DNA from: Pseudomonadales bacterium
Lineage (GTDB): Bacteria; Pseudomonadota; Gammaproteobacteria; Pseudomonadales; UBA5862
Assembly (NCBI GenBank): GCA_024234215.1
Contig: JACKOQ010000005.1
Span: forward strand, 121,452 to 185,451
DNA: 64,000 nucleotides
Reading direction: 5' to 3'
Part shown: positions 10,810-21,382 of the stretch, in pieces
Layout of the letters: each line of letters starts with the position of its first letter
Position numbering within the stretch: the first letter of the stretch is position 1
Notes under the pieces: generated by a model
The model's input: the letters and a program-made list of their open reading frames with translations, nothing else
Database searches by the model: none
Told to the model about the DNA's origin: nothing
Translations under genes and position numbers: made by a program

Positions 10810-13566
10810 GTGAACCATCCTCCTGATCAACCCAACCGCACTCGCACCACCTGCGCCTACTGCGGTGTGGGCTGCGGCCTCGAGGTCAGCGTCGCCGCCG
10901 GCAGTGCCGGACAACCTGTCCCCCGCGTCGAGCTGCGCGGCGATGCCGCCCATCCGGCCAATCATGGCCGCCTCTGCTCCAAGGGGTCGGCGCTCGGCGA
11001 GACCCTCGGCCTCGACAACCGTCTGCTCCATCCGCAGATCGGCGGCCTGCGTGCCAGTTGGAATCTTGTCATCGACACCATCGCCAACCGGCTGCGCGAC
11101 ATCATTGCCGAGTCAGGTCCAGAAGCCGTGGCCTTCTACGTCTCCGGCCAGTTGCTGACCGAGGACTACTATGTCGCCAACAAGCTGATGAAGGGGTTCA
11201 TCGGCGCCGGCAACATCGACACCAACTCCCGTCTTTGCATGTCCTCGGCCGCCTCGGCCCACAAGCGCGCCTTCGGCAGCGACAGCGTGCCGGGCTGCTA
11301 TGAAGATCTGGAGCTGGCTGACCTGATTCTGCTGACCGGCTCCAACACCGCCTGGGCCCATCCGGTGGTCTATCAGCGCATCGTCAAGGCCAAGGCCGAG
11401 CGACCGCAGTTGAAGGTGGTGGTGATCGACCCGCGCCGCACCGCCAGTTGCGACCTGGCCGACCTGCATCTGCCGATCGCCCCGGGCAGCGATGCACTGC
11501 TGTTCAACGGACTGCTCGCCGACCTGGCCCGCCGCGACCGACTCGATCCGGCCTACATCGCGGCCCACACCGAAGGTTTCGAGGCCGCACTGGCTGCCGC
11601 CCAGGCCAGCGCACCCGACCGGGCCAGCACCGCCGCCGCCTGTGGCGTCGACGAAGCCGCCATTGCCCGTCTGTTCGACTGGTTCGGCGACACCACGCGG
11701 GTGGTCACGCTCTTCTCGCAGGGGATCAATCAATCCTCCAGTGGTGTCGACAAGGGCAATGCCATCATCAACTGCCACCTCGCCAGCGGCAAGATCGGCA
11801 AACCGGGCGCGGCACCGTTCTCGATCACCGGCCAGCCCAATGCGATGGGCGGCCGCGAAGTGGGCGGCATGGCCAACACCTTGGCGGCGCACATGGAGTA
11901 TGAGAATCCGGCCGACCTCGACCGCCTGCGCCGCTTCTGGGATGCACCGGCACTGGCGCATCAGCCGGGACTCAAGGCGGTGGAGCTGTTCCAGGCGGTG
12001 GCCGACGGCCGCGTGCGTGCGCTCTGGATCGCCGGCACCAACCCTGCCGTCAGCCTGCCCGAGGCCAACCGGGTGCGGCAGGCGTTGCAACAGTGCGAAT
12101 TTCTGATCGTCTCCGACTGCGAAGGGCGCACCGACACCAGTCAACATGCCCATGTGCTGCTGCCAGCGGCCGCCTGGGGCGAGAAGGATGGCACCGTCAC
12201 CAACTCCGAACGCCGCATCTCGCGCCAGCGTGCCTTTCTGCCACTGCCGGGCGAGGCCAGACCCGACTGGTGGATCTTCACCCAGGTGGCGCGCGCGCTC
12301 GGTTTCGGGAGCGCCTTCGACTACGACACACCCCAGCAGATTTTCCGTGAACATGCGCGGCTCTCCAGCTTTGAAAACGACGGCCAGCGCGACTTCGACC
12401 TCAGCGGCCTGAGCATGCTCGACGCGGCGCAGTATGACGCTCTGCAACCGATCCAGTGGCCGGTCACGCCGACGCACCCCGATGGCTGCGCCCGGCTGTT
12501 CAGCGATGGCCGCTATTACACCCCGTCGGGCCGGGCCAGACTGATTCCGATCACGCCACACCTGTCCGTCGCCCGACTCGATGCACCCCATCCGTTTCTG
12601 CTCAACACCGGCCGCATCCGCGACCAGTGGCACACCATGACTCGCAGCGGCCGCTCGGTGCGTCTGCTCAGCCACATCGCCGAGCCCTTTGTCGAGATTC
12701 ACCCAGAAGATGCCAAGACCCTTGGCGTTGGTGAGCGGGCGCTGCTCCAGGTTCACAATCATCACGGCAGCGTGACGCTGCGGGCACAGATCAGCGACGC
12801 GGTGCAACGCGGTCAACTGTTCGCGCCGATTCACTGGAACGACCAGTTCGCCTCGGCCGCCCGCATCGGCAGCCTGGTGGCTGCCGTCACCGACCCGATT
12901 TCCGGCCAGCCGGAGTTCAAGCAGAGTGCGGTTGCAGTCGAGCCTTTCGCTGCGACCTGGCATGGATTCGTGCTCAGCCGCGAGCCGTTCACCACCGACC
13001 AGATCGACTACTGGTGTCGCGGGCCGATCGAAGGAGGACACTGCCATGAACTGGCCGGCAAGCAGCCCATCAATGACTGGCGCGGCTGGTTCACCGCACG
13101 ACTGCCTGCCACTGATCCGATGCTGGAGAGCAGCTGGATCGAGTTCCAGGATGCCGAAGCCGGCCGCTACCGCGCTGCGCGCTTCATTGGCGGACGGCTC
13201 GACAGCCTGATCTTCATCGACCGCACACCGCAGCCCGCCGAACGCACCTGGCTGCTGGAGCGCTTCGCCTGCGGCCAGATCGAGCCGTCAGCCCGCCCGG
13301 CGCTGCTGGCAGCCCGTCCGGCCGTGGCCCAGCCCGATGCTGGCCGCACGATCTGCGTCTGCTTCAATGTCGGCCTCAACACCATCGAACAGGCCATCCA
13401 CAGCCAGCGACTGTGCACCGTAGAGGTGATCGGCAACCGGCTGCGTGCCGGCACCAACTGCGGCTCCTGCCTGCCGGAGCTGCGCGCCATCCTCAGTCGA
13501 TCGGCAACACCGTCTGCCGCGACGCAGGATTGTCAAGCCCAAAACAGGCACACAGATCAATGCTGA
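10810..13566 (+). CDS. nasA: assimilatory nitrate reductase catalytic (molybdopterin) subunit with C-terminal BFD-like 2Fe-2S domain
   Basis: GTG start. N-terminal 4Fe-4S motif CAYCGVGCG..C. Molybdopterin oxidoreductase core. C-terminal CVCFNV..CGSC motif. Confidence 0.9.
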   Translation: MNHPPDQPNRTRTTCAYCGVGCGLEVSVAAGSAGQPVPRVELRGDAAHPANHGRLCSKGSALGETLGLDNRLLHPQIGGLRASWNLVIDTIANRLRDIIAESGPEAVAFYVSGQLLTEDYYVANKLMKGFIGAGNIDTNSRLCMSSAASAHKRAFGSDSVPGCYEDLELADLILLTGSNTAWAHPVVYQRIVKAKAERPQLKVVVIDPRRTASCDLADLHLPIAPGSDALLFNGLLADLARRDRLDPAYIAAHTEGFEAALAAAQASAPDRASTAAACGVDEAAIARLFDWFGDTTRVVTLFSQGINQSSSGVDKGNAIINCHLASGKIGKPGAAPFSITGQPNAMGGREVGGMANTLAAHMEYENPADLDRLRRFWDAPALAHQPGLKAVELFQAVADGRVRALWIAGTNPAVSLPEANRVRQALQQCEFLIVSDCEGRTDTSQHAHVLLPAAAWGEKDGTVTNSERRISRQRAFLPLPGEARPDWWIFTQVARALGFGSAFDYDTPQQIFREHARLSSFENDGQRDFDLSGLSMLDAAQYDALQPIQWPVTPTHPDGCARLFSDGRYYTPSGRARLIPITPHLSVARLDAPHPFLLNTGRIRDQWHTMTRSGRSVRLLSHIAEPFVEIHPEDAKTLGVGERALLQVHNHHGSVTLRAQISDAVQRGQLFAPIHWNDQFASAARIGSLVAAVTDPISGQPEFKQSAVAVEPFAATWHGFVLSREPFTTDQIDYWCRGPIEGGHCHELAGKQPINDWRGWFTARLPATDPMLESSWIEFQDAEAGRYRAARFIGGRLDSLIFIDRTPQPAERTWLLERFACGQIEPSARPALLAARPAVAQPDAGRTICVCFNVGLNTIEQAIHSQRLCTVEVIGNRLRAGTNCGSCLPELRAILSRSATPSAATQDCQAQNRHTDQC

Positions 13567-13647
13567 ATTGTTGTTGATGATTTATAAGCAACCCGCGGAT
13601 TTGTTGAATTTTTTAGCGATTTTCTTTCAGCCCTCAAGGAGATCTTC

Positions 13648-14895
13648 ATGACCCAAAGTCACCTTAACCCACCGGTGATCCGCACCCTGGTCAGCGGCAT
13701 GACCGCACTGCTGCTCTGCCTGCACGGCAGCAGCAGTTCGGCCGCCGCCACCTCGATTGCCGAGGCCATCAGCCAAGGGCAGGCCAAGCTCAACCTGCGC
13801 TACCGCTATGAAACCGTCGATGAGCAGAACAAGGCACGCGAAGCGGCCGCCTCGACGCTGCGCACCCGACTCAATTTCACCACCGCCGCCTATCAGGGCT
13901 TCACCGGTCAGATCGAGGTCGATGATGTCAGCGCCATCGGCGGTGAGACCTACAACAGCACTGTCAATGGCCGCACGCTCTATCCGATCGTGGCCGATCC
14001 GACCGCCACCGAGGTCAACCAGGCCTGGCTCGCCTACAAGTTTGGCAAAAACGACCTCAAATATGGCCGGCAGCGCATCAACCTCGACAACCAGCGCTTC
14101 GTCGGCGGCGTCGCCTGGCGTCAGAACGAACAGACCTTCGACGGCATCACGCTGACCAACACGAGCATCGACAAGCTCAACCTCTTCTACGGTTACATCA
14201 CCAACGTCAACCGCATTTTCGGCCCCGATGATGGTGTCAACCTGGCCGACCTGCCCGGCGAGGTCCACCTGATCAATGTCGGCTACGAAGGGCTGCCGAT
14301 CGGCAAGCTGAGCGGCTATGGCTATCTGCTCGACTTCGACGATACGGCCTCGGCCGCGCTGTCGAGCGCCACCTATGGTGTGCGTCTGGCCACCGCCAAG
14401 CCACTGACCGACTACAAGCTGCTCTATGCCCTGGAGTATGCCAGCCAGTCGGACCACGGCAGCAACCCAAATGAGTTCGAGCGTGACTACATGCTGGTCG
14501 AAGGCGGCGTGGCGCTGCCGCTGGCCACCGTGAAACTCGGCTATGAACTGCTGGGCTCCGACAACGGCACCGGCTTCAGCACCCCACTGGCCACGCTGCA
14601 TGCGTTCCAGGGCTATGCCGACCGCTTTCTGACCACCCCGGCCAATGGCGTGGAAGATCGTTACCTCAGCATCGGCGGCAAGATCGAGCAGGTTGATCTA
14701 ACCTATATCTATCATGACTACCGTTCGGACACTGGCGGCATGGACTATGGCAACGAAAGCGACCTGGTCATCTCCAGAAAGTTCGGCAAGCACTACAGCC
14801 TGATGCTGAAGTATGCCAACTACAGCGCCGACACCGTCAACGCCAGCCTGTTCGACACCGAAAAGCTCTGGCTGATGGCCTCGGCCGACTTCTGA
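13648..14895 (+). CDS. outer-membrane beta-barrel porin (alginate-export-like family)
   Basis: Signal peptide, then alternating beta-strand pattern. Contains GRQRINLDNQRFVGGVAWRQNEQTFDG and a C-terminal aromatic residue (..MASADF). Confidence 0.6.
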   Translation: MTQSHLNPPVIRTLVSGMTALLLCLHGSSSSAAATSIAEAISQGQAKLNLRYRYETVDEQNKAREAAASTLRTRLNFTTAAYQGFTGQIEVDDVSAIGGETYNSTVNGRTLYPIVADPTATEVNQAWLAYKFGKNDLKYGRQRINLDNQRFVGGVAWRQNEQTFDGITLTNTSIDKLNLFYGYITNVNRIFGPDDGVNLADLPGEVHLINVGYEGLPIGKLSGYGYLLDFDDTASAALSSATYGVRLATAKPLTDYKLLYALEYASQSDHGSNPNEFERDYMLVEGGVALPLATVKLGYELLGSDNGTGFSTPLATLHAFQGYADRFLTTPANGVEDRYLSIGGKIEQVDLTYIYHDYRSDTGGMDYGNESDLVISRKFGKHYSLMLKYANYSADTVNASLFDTEKLWLMASADF

Positions 14896-14939
14896 GGTGA
14901 GTGGGACCGATTTGATTTGAGTGGGAGTGTAGTGCGTTT

Positions 14940-14976
14940 CCGCCATTGTGGCCTCGGCCACAATGGCGGTTTTTTT
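14940..14976. terminator. bidirectional intrinsic terminator between the porin gene and speD
   Basis: Perfect 13-bp stem CCGCCATTGTGGC (1-nt loop) GCCACAATGGCGG followed by T7. Located between convergent genes. Confidence 0.75.
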
Positions 14977-14978
14977 GC

Positions 14979-15773
14979 TCAGCAGATGTTGCGACCGTAG
15001 AAGATCTCTTGCATCTCCCGATGCAGTTGCTTGCGAATCTCGGCCTGCTCGCGCTCGCTCAGCTCGCTCGATCCGGTACCGAACAGGTAGTTGTCCAGAT
15101 TGAACTCCTTGAGCAGCATCTTGGTGTGAAAGATGTTCTCCTGATAGACATTGACATCGATCATCTGATAGCGGTCGAGGGTGTCATCGGAGAAGTAGTT
15201 CTGGATCGAGTTGATCTCGTGGTCGATGAAGTGCTTGACGCCATCGACATCGCGGGTGAAGCCGCGTACCCGGTAGTCGACCGTGACGATGTCCGATTCA
15301 AAGGCGTGAATCAGGTAGTTCAGCGCCTTCAGCGGTGAGATCAGCCCGCAGGTGGCGACATCGATGTCCGCGCGAAAGGTGCTGATCCCCTCGTCGGGAT
15401 GGCTCTCCGGATAGGTGTGCACGGTCAGATGGCTCTTGTCCAGGTGGCCCAGCACTGTGCGCGGCATCGGACCGGGCGCCTCGGTGATCAGATGTTCGGA
15501 CGGCGGTGTGGTCGGGTCGGCCACCAGCATGGTGACACTGGCCCCCTGCGGATCGTAATCCTCTCGCGAAATATTGAGCACGGTGGCGCCGATGATCTCG
15601 ACCACCCCTTCGAGGATGGTGGTCAGCCGGTCGGCGTTGTAGAGCTCATCGATGTACTCGATGTAGGCGCGCTTCTGTGCCTCGGTCTTGGCGTAGCAGA
15701 TGTCGTAGATGTTGAAACTCAACGCCTTGGTCAGATTGTTGAACCCATGCAACCGCAGTCTGTTTTCGTTCAA
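14979..15773 (-). CDS. speD: S-adenosylmethionine decarboxylase proenzyme
   Basis: [31 protein letters not shown] closely resembles E. coli SpeD. I chose the TTG start at 15773 because AAGGAGG lies 8 nt upstream and it gives 264 aa. The ORF track extends to 15818. Confidence 0.9.
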   Translation of the reverse strand: MNENRLRLHGFNNLTKALSFNIYDICYAKTEAQKRAYIEYIDELYNADRLTTILEGVVEIIGATVLNISREDYDPQGASVTMLVADPTTPPSEHLITEAPGPMPRTVLGHLDKSHLTVHTYPESHPDEGISTFRADIDVATCGLISPLKALNYLIHAFESDIVTVDYRVRGFTRDVDGVKHFIDHEINSIQNYFSDDTLDRYQMIDVNVYQENIFHTKMLLKEFNLDNYLFGTGSSELSEREQAEIRKQLHREMQEIFYGRNIC

Positions 15774-15849
15774 CCGAGGAACCCTCCTTCTCGATAACAG
15801 GTGGAAGTGGCCCCGCATGCGGAGCCGGTGATATTCAATGGAAAGATTG

Positions 15850-16245
15850 TTACAGGGCCAGCGGCGGGTGGTGGATCAACTGCACCAGACCGCCATCGGG
15901 GTCGCGGCAGTAGAGGCTGCGTGCACCATCGCGGTGGGTGCGCGGCGGCTTGACGATCTCGACACCGGCCTGCTGCAAAAAAAGATGCCAGGCATCGACA
16001 TCCTCGGCCCGCGCCAGCATGAAGCCGATGTGGTCGAGCCGACCATCGCCGGCGGCCTGACCCTCGGCAGCGCGGTGCAGCGCCAGATTGTCATGCCCCG
16101 AAGTCAGGTAGACATTGTCGGAGTCGGGGCGCCACTCCACCTTCATGCCGATCAGCTCGACATAGAATCGCTCGGTCGCATCGAAGGCCCGCACGAACAG
16201 CGCGACATGGCGCATTCCGCGGGTGGCAGCGGGTCGCTCAGCCAT
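15850..16245 (-). CDS. VOC (glyoxalase/bleomycin-resistance/dioxygenase) family protein
   Basis: 131 aa with a paired beta-alpha-beta-beta-beta VOC pattern ([24 protein letters not shown]). Confidence 0.75.
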   Translation of the reverse strand: MAERPAATRGMRHVALFVRAFDATERFYVELIGMKVEWRPDSDNVYLTSGHDNLALHRAAEGQAAGDGRLDHIGFMLARAEDVDAWHLFLQQAGVEIVKPPRTHRDGARSLYCRDPDGGLVQLIHHPPLAL

Positions 16246-16672
16246 GGCTGCTGTCCAGTTCGATGATCTGATACCCGTGCGTCACTTCGACGCCGGCCCG
16301 GCCCAGCATGATCGACGCCGAGCAGTACTTTTCGGCGGAGAGCTCGACCGCCCGCTTCACCTGTGCCTCCTTGAGGCCATGGCCGGTGACGATGAAGTGC
16401 AGGTGAATCTTGGTGAAGACCGCTGGCACCTCGTCGGCACGTTCGGCGGTAAGTTCCGCAACGCAATCGGTCACCTGCTGCCGCGACTTGCGCAGAATTG
16501 ACACCACGTCGTAAGAGGAACAGCCACCAACCCCCATCAGCAGCAGCTCCATCGGCCGGATGCCGACGTTGCGGCCACCCTGCTCCGGCGGTCCTTCGAG
16601 CACCACTGCATGACCACTGCCCGACTCGGCCACGAACATGACGTCGCCCGCCCACTTCACCCGCGCTTTCAT
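16238..16672 (-). CDS. OsmC family protein
   Basis: Start chosen at MKARVKW (16672). OsmC/Ohr fold with conserved Cys residues (GVGGCSSYDV.. and EKYCSAS). Confidence 0.8.
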   Translation of the reverse strand: MKARVKWAGDVMFVAESGSGHAVVLEGPPEQGGRNVGIRPMELLLMGVGGCSSYDVVSILRKSRQQVTDCVAELTAERADEVPAVFTKIHLHFIVTGHGLKEAQVKRAVELSAEKYCSASIMLGRAGVEVTHGYQIIELDSSHG

Positions 16673-16754
16673 CAACCTCGCCCCCCGCAAAGAGGCGCAA
16701 AGGGTACCATAAACCACGCCCGACAAGATGACATTGCGCTGATCGAACTGCCGC

Positions 16755-18494
16755 CTAGGTCGCTTCCCAATGCTCGACCACCAGTTGCAACCGCGTCTCG
16801 CCCCGATAGCGGTTGAGGTCGAGCCGGTAGGCCAGTCGCAGCCGGTTCGGCAGCTGCTCCAACTGGTCGAGATCGAAGCGAAAGGCGATGGCATCGAGCG
16901 GCTCTCCACCCTCAGCTGAGGCCAGCAGCATCTTCAGATGGTGACCCCCGACGATGCGTCGCTGCAGCAGCTCGAACTCCCCCTCGAACAGCGGCTCGGG
17001 AAAGTGCTGCCCCCAGGGGCCGCCATAGCGCAGCTGCCGTGCCACCTCCAGTGTCAGCGCGGCGACCGGCAGAATGCCATCGCTCAGCACGATCCCTTCG
17101 AGCACTTCGGGCGCGATCCATTGACGTGCCGTCTGATCGAACAGCGTGGCGAAACGGGAATAGTCGCCGTCGGCGATGCTGAGCCCCGCCGCCATCGCAT
17201 GGCCGCCAAAACGGCGGATCAGATCGGGCTGCGCCGTCGCCATCGCATCGAGCAGGTCGCGGATGTGCAGGCCGGGAATCGACCGTGCCGAACCCTTGAG
17301 CTCACCCTCACCGCCCTGCGCGAAGATGATCACCGGCCGGTGGTAGCGCTCCTTGAGCCGCGAGGCCAGAATCCCGATCACGCCCTGATGCCAGCCGGGA
17401 CGGTAGAGCGCCAGACCGACCGGCAGCGCCTCGGCAGCGAGCTCCCCCTGCTGCTCCAGTTCGAGCAGTGCCTCTTCATGCATCAGCGATTCGGTTTCAC
17501 GCCGCGACTGATTGAAGCGGTCGAGCAGTTGCGCCAGTTGCCGCGCCCGGGCTGGATCGGGCGCCAGCAGACATTCGATGCCGAGGGTCATGTCATCCAT
17601 CCGCCCGGCCGCGTTGAGCCGCGGCCCCACGGCGAAGCCCAGATCGCTGCTGACCACGCTGTCGCTCGGACGCCCACTCACCTCCAGCAGTGCCTGGATG
17701 CCGGGGCGGGCACGGCCAGCACGGATTCGGCGCAGACCTTGCTCGACCAGAATGCGGTTGTTGCCATCCAGCGGCACCACATCCGCCACCGTGCCCAGCG
17801 CCACCAGATCGAGCAACTCGGCCAGATTCGGCGCCTGCACACCGGCACCGAACCAGCCCTCATCGCGCAGTCGACCACGCACCGCCAGCAGCAGGTAGAA
17901 GATCACCCCAACCCCGGCCAGGGCCTTGGAAGCAAAACGGCAACCGGGCTGATTCGGGTTGACGATGGCATCGGCCGGCGGCAACTCGGCGCCGGGCAGG
18001 TGGTGGTCGGTGATCAGCACCCGGATGCCGGCCGCCTGCGCCTGCAACACGCCCGCCATGCTGGAGATGCCATTGTCGACAGTGATCAGCAGATGAGGCG
18101 CGGAGCGGGCGGCGATGGCGACGATCTCGGGCGTGAGGCCATAGCCGAATTCGAAGCGGTTCGGCACCAGATAGCCCACTTCGGTGGCACCCAGCAGCCG
18201 CAGCCCGGTCACGGCCACCGCGCAGCTGGTGGCGCCATCGGCATCGAAATCGCCGACCACCAGAATGCGCCGTCCCTGGGTGATGGCATCGATCACCAGT
18301 TCGACGGCCGCATCGATGCCTTTCAGATCAGCCGGCGGCAGCAGACCAGCCAGCTCCAGCGGCTGATTCACCGCGCCTTCGCCCAGACCACGGTGCCGAT
18401 ACAGAGCGGCCAGCAGCGCCTCGGGTTGCGCCGGCAGCAGACCATCCCTGGTCGCGCCGGCGTGGCGTTGAATTCGTCGGCGCAATGCAGCCAT
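16755..18494 (-). CDS. recJ: single-stranded-DNA-specific exonuclease RecJ
   Basis: 579 aa with DHH motifs (VVGDFDADGATS, ITVDNG, ITDHH) and a DHHA1 domain. Confidence 0.95.
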   Translation of the reverse strand: MAALRRRIQRHAGATRDGLLPAQPEALLAALYRHRGLGEGAVNQPLELAGLLPPADLKGIDAAVELVIDAITQGRRILVVGDFDADGATSCAVAVTGLRLLGATEVGYLVPNRFEFGYGLTPEIVAIAARSAPHLLITVDNGISSMAGVLQAQAAGIRVLITDHHLPGAELPPADAIVNPNQPGCRFASKALAGVGVIFYLLLAVRGRLRDEGWFGAGVQAPNLAELLDLVALGTVADVVPLDGNNRILVEQGLRRIRAGRARPGIQALLEVSGRPSDSVVSSDLGFAVGPRLNAAGRMDDMTLGIECLLAPDPARARQLAQLLDRFNQSRRETESLMHEEALLELEQQGELAAEALPVGLALYRPGWHQGVIGILASRLKERYHRPVIIFAQGGEGELKGSARSIPGLHIRDLLDAMATAQPDLIRRFGGHAMAAGLSIADGDYSRFATLFDQTARQWIAPEVLEGIVLSDGILPVAALTLEVARQLRYGGPWGQHFPEPLFEGEFELLQRRIVGGHHLKMLLASAEGGEPLDAIAFRFDLDQLEQLPNRLRLAYRLDLNRYRGETRLQLVVEHWEAT

Positions 18495-18510
18495 TCGGAT
18501 TCCCGCAGGG

Positions 18511-19596
18511 TCAGCCGATTCGCTCCAGAATCACCCGGCGCACGGCATCGAGGGTGGCATCGACCGTCAGCAGCGTCTCGGTGCCCTGACACTGGGCGAT
18601 GGCGCTGTCAGGATCCTTCAGTCCGTGGCCGGTCAGGGTGCAGACCACCTTGCTGCCTTCGGGAATCTTGCCAGCGCGGATGTCGCGCATCGCACCGCCG
18701 ACCGAGGCCGCCGACGCCGGCTCGCAGAAGATGCCCTCATGCATCGCCAGCAGCCGCTGCGCCTGCAGAATCTCCTCGTCGCTCAGCGCGTCGAACCAGC
18801 CCTGCGACTCGCGCTGCGCACTCCAGGCCTTGTCCCACGACTGCGGGTGGCCGATGCGAATCGCGGTCGCGACCGTCTCCGGTGCGTCGACCATCTGCCC
18901 AGTGACGAAGGGGGCCGCTCCGGCGGCCTGATAGCCCAGCATCCGCGGCCGGCTGTTGATGATGCCATCGTGCTGGTATTCGCTGTAGCCGATCCAGTGG
19001 GCAGTGATGTTGCCGGCATTGCCGACCGGCAGACAGTGAAAGTCGGGTGCCAGCCCCAGCTCCTCGACGATTTCAAAGGCGGCGGTCTTCTGTCCCTGCA
19101 GACGATAGGGGTTGATCGAGTTGACGATGGTGACCGGTGCCTCATCCGCCACCTGCTTGACCAGCGCCATACCGACATCGAAATTGCCACGGATCTGGAT
19201 GATGGCAGCCCCGTACATCATCGTCTGTGCCAGCTTGCCCAGCGCGATCTTGCCTTCCGGAATCAGCACGAAGGCGGTGATGCCGGCGCGGGCGGCATAG
19301 GCGGCCGCCGACGCCGAGGTGTTGCCGGTCGAAGCGCAGATGATCGCGCGGCTGCCGCCCTCGACCGCCTTGGTGACCGCCATGGTCATGCCGCGGTCCT
19401 TGAACGAGCAGGTGGGATTCAGCCCCTCATATTTGACATAGATGTCGACCTCCCTGCCCAGCAACCTCGGCAGATTGTTGAGCCGGATCAACGGTGTATT
19501 GCCTTCGCCAAGGCTGATGAAACGGGTGTCGTCGTGCACCGGCAGGCGGTCACGGTAGCGGTCGATCAGGCCGACATAGCGGCTGGATGTGGCCAT
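18511..19596 (-). CDS. thrC: threonine synthase
   Basis: PLP-dependent fold with FKDRG and TGNTSAS motifs. Lies downstream of hom. Confidence 0.95.
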   Translation of the reverse strand: MATSSRYVGLIDRYRDRLPVHDDTRFISLGEGNTPLIRLNNLPRLLGREVDIYVKYEGLNPTCSFKDRGMTMAVTKAVEGGSRAIICASTGNTSASAAAYAARAGITAFVLIPEGKIALGKLAQTMMYGAAIIQIRGNFDVGMALVKQVADEAPVTIVNSINPYRLQGQKTAAFEIVEELGLAPDFHCLPVGNAGNITAHWIGYSEYQHDGIINSRPRMLGYQAAGAAPFVTGQMVDAPETVATAIRIGHPQSWDKAWSAQRESQGWFDALSDEEILQAQRLLAMHEGIFCEPASAASVGGAMRDIRAGKIPEGSKVVCTLTGHGLKDPDSAIAQCQGTETLLTVDATLDAVRRVILERIG

Positions 19597-19616
19597 TTGG
19601 GCTCCTTTCTCGGCAA

Positions 19617-20939
19617 TTATTCGGTGGCGAGGTACTCGACGCGGATGCGGCAGACCGGTTCGAGCACTTCGTCGAGCTGCTCGATTTCGGCAATCGCCTG
19701 ATTCAGCTCACGCTCCACCACATGGTGGGTCAGCATGATGATCGGCACGGCGATCTCCTGCGACTCGGGAATGATTGGCGGCTCCTTCTGAATCAGCGCC
19801 TCGATGCTGATGCCACGCCGGCTGAGAATGGTCGCCACCTTGGCCAGCACACCGGCCCGATCGAGCGCATGGATGCGCAGATAGAAGGGTGATTCGACCG
19901 CTTCGATCGGCACCATCGGCAATTCGACCAGCGCATCGGCATGGAAGGCCAGTGAGGGCACCTGCCGTCCGCAGTCGGCCCCGAGCTGGCGGGCCACATC
20001 GACCAGATCCGCGATCACTGCCGAGGCGGTCGGTTCAGCGCCGGCGCCGGCACCATAGAACAGCGTCGGCCCCACCGCATCGCCCTGAATCATCAGGCCA
20101 TTCTTGACCCCGTTGACATTGGCCAGCAGTCGCCTGGCCGGGATCATCGTCGGATGGACACGCAGCTCGACCCCCTTGGCACTGCGCCGGGCAATGCCCA
20201 GATGCTTGATGCGATAACCCAGCTCTTCGGCATAGGCGACATCCATCGGCGTCAGACGGCTGATGCCCTCGGTGTAGACGGCCGGAAAGTTGAGCGGAAT
20301 GCCAAAGGCGATCGAAGCCAGAATGGTCAGCTTGTGCGCCGCATCGATGCCTTCGACATCGAAGGTGGGATCGGCCTCGGCATAGCCCAGCGCCTGCGCC
20401 TCTTTCAGCACATCGTCAAAAGCGCGCCCCTTGTCGCGCATCTCGCTCAGAATGAAGTTGCCAGTGCCATTGATGATGCCGGCCAGCCATTCGATGCGAT
20501 TGGCACTCAGCCCCTCGCGCAGCGTCTTGATGATCGGGATGCCGCCCGCCACCGCCGCCTCGAAGGCGACCATCACACCGCGCTCGCGGGCCGCGGCGAA
20601 AATCTCGTTGCCATGCAGCGCAATCAGCGCCTTGTTCGCCGTCACCACATGCTTGCCGGCCGCAATGGCCTCGAGAATCAGACTGCGCGCGGTGTCGCAG
20701 CCACCAATCAGCTCCACCACCACATCGACCTCCGGGTCGCGCACCACGGCGAACAGATCACGGCTGACGCGGTAGGCCGAAGTGTCGCAGCCCGGGTGGT
20801 CCCGCCGCGCACCGATGTGGGCAATGTGCAACGCAGTGCCGGCGCGGCGGGCAATTTCGCCGCCATTGCGCTCCAACACCCTGATCACGCCCGTCGCGAC
20901 CGTTCCCAGGCCGCAAATTCCCAGATTGACTCTGCTCAA
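19617..20939 (-). CDS. hom: homoserine dehydrogenase
   Basis: [13 protein letters not shown] Rossmann start, homoserine dehydrogenase core and a C-terminal ACT domain. The TTG start at 20939 gives 440 aa. The start is uncertain, since the ORF is open to 21011. Confidence 0.9.
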   Translation of the reverse strand: MSRVNLGICGLGTVATGVIRVLERNGGEIARRAGTALHIAHIGARRDHPGCDTSAYRVSRDLFAVVRDPEVDVVVELIGGCDTARSLILEAIAAGKHVVTANKALIALHGNEIFAAARERGVMVAFEAAVAGGIPIIKTLREGLSANRIEWLAGIINGTGNFILSEMRDKGRAFDDVLKEAQALGYAEADPTFDVEGIDAAHKLTILASIAFGIPLNFPAVYTEGISRLTPMDVAYAEELGYRIKHLGIARRSAKGVELRVHPTMIPARRLLANVNGVKNGLMIQGDAVGPTLFYGAGAGAEPTASAVIADLVDVARQLGADCGRQVPSLAFHADALVELPMVPIEAVESPFYLRIHALDRAGVLAKVATILSRRGISIEALIQKEPPIIPESQEIAVPIIMLTHHVVERELNQAIAEIEQLDEVLEPVCRIRVEYLATE

Positions 20940-21324
20940 AAGGCACCACCCGCTTTGTCGCCGAAAGCGCGCATTGTAGCCGCGGGCCATGGCATCCAGA
21001 AGCCTTGCCACGGCAGAGGTGGCTGGCAGAGCGTTGAAAACTCCGATCTCACCACGTCATGCGATCGCGATCACGCTGTTGAGGCGAGCCTGGCGATGCG
21101 GAATCTTTCCGGCTCCCAAACCGACCGTTCAACCCTCTGCGCCTGCGAATCGGGTGGCTGACAGCATGGATGAAGTGCTTCGACGCCCTGCCCTGCGCTC
21201 GCCATCACTCGACAGCGCTGCCCGGCTGCTGCTGGCGCAGATGGAGCGCGACCCGCTGTTGCATCACTCCACTGGTTTGTCGGTATGATCTGTTGCGGAT
21301 AAGCAATCGACCTTGGTCAGGACT

Positions 21325-21345
21325 GGGAAACCGTGGTCTGTCCCC
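21325..21345. repeat. solo terminal-repeat unit of the 88-bp MITE-like element
   Basis: GGGAAACCGTGGTCTGTCCCC is identical to the right terminal repeat of the copy at 50030..50117 (one mismatch to the right repeat at 25823..25843). It replaces the left half of the last attC of array A. Confidence 0.8.
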
Positions 21346-21356
21346 AAAAAGCTCAC

Positions 21357-21382
21357 AGGTCGCCTCGAACGCAGGGTTAGAG
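21357..21382 (-). repeat. attC remnant (R''/L'' half only) of the HNH cassette
   Basis: GGTCGCCTCGAACGCAGGGTTAGAG resembles the right half of the other attC sites. Its GTTAGAG box complements CTCTAAC at 22082. The left half is replaced by the MITE repeat. Confidence 0.65.
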
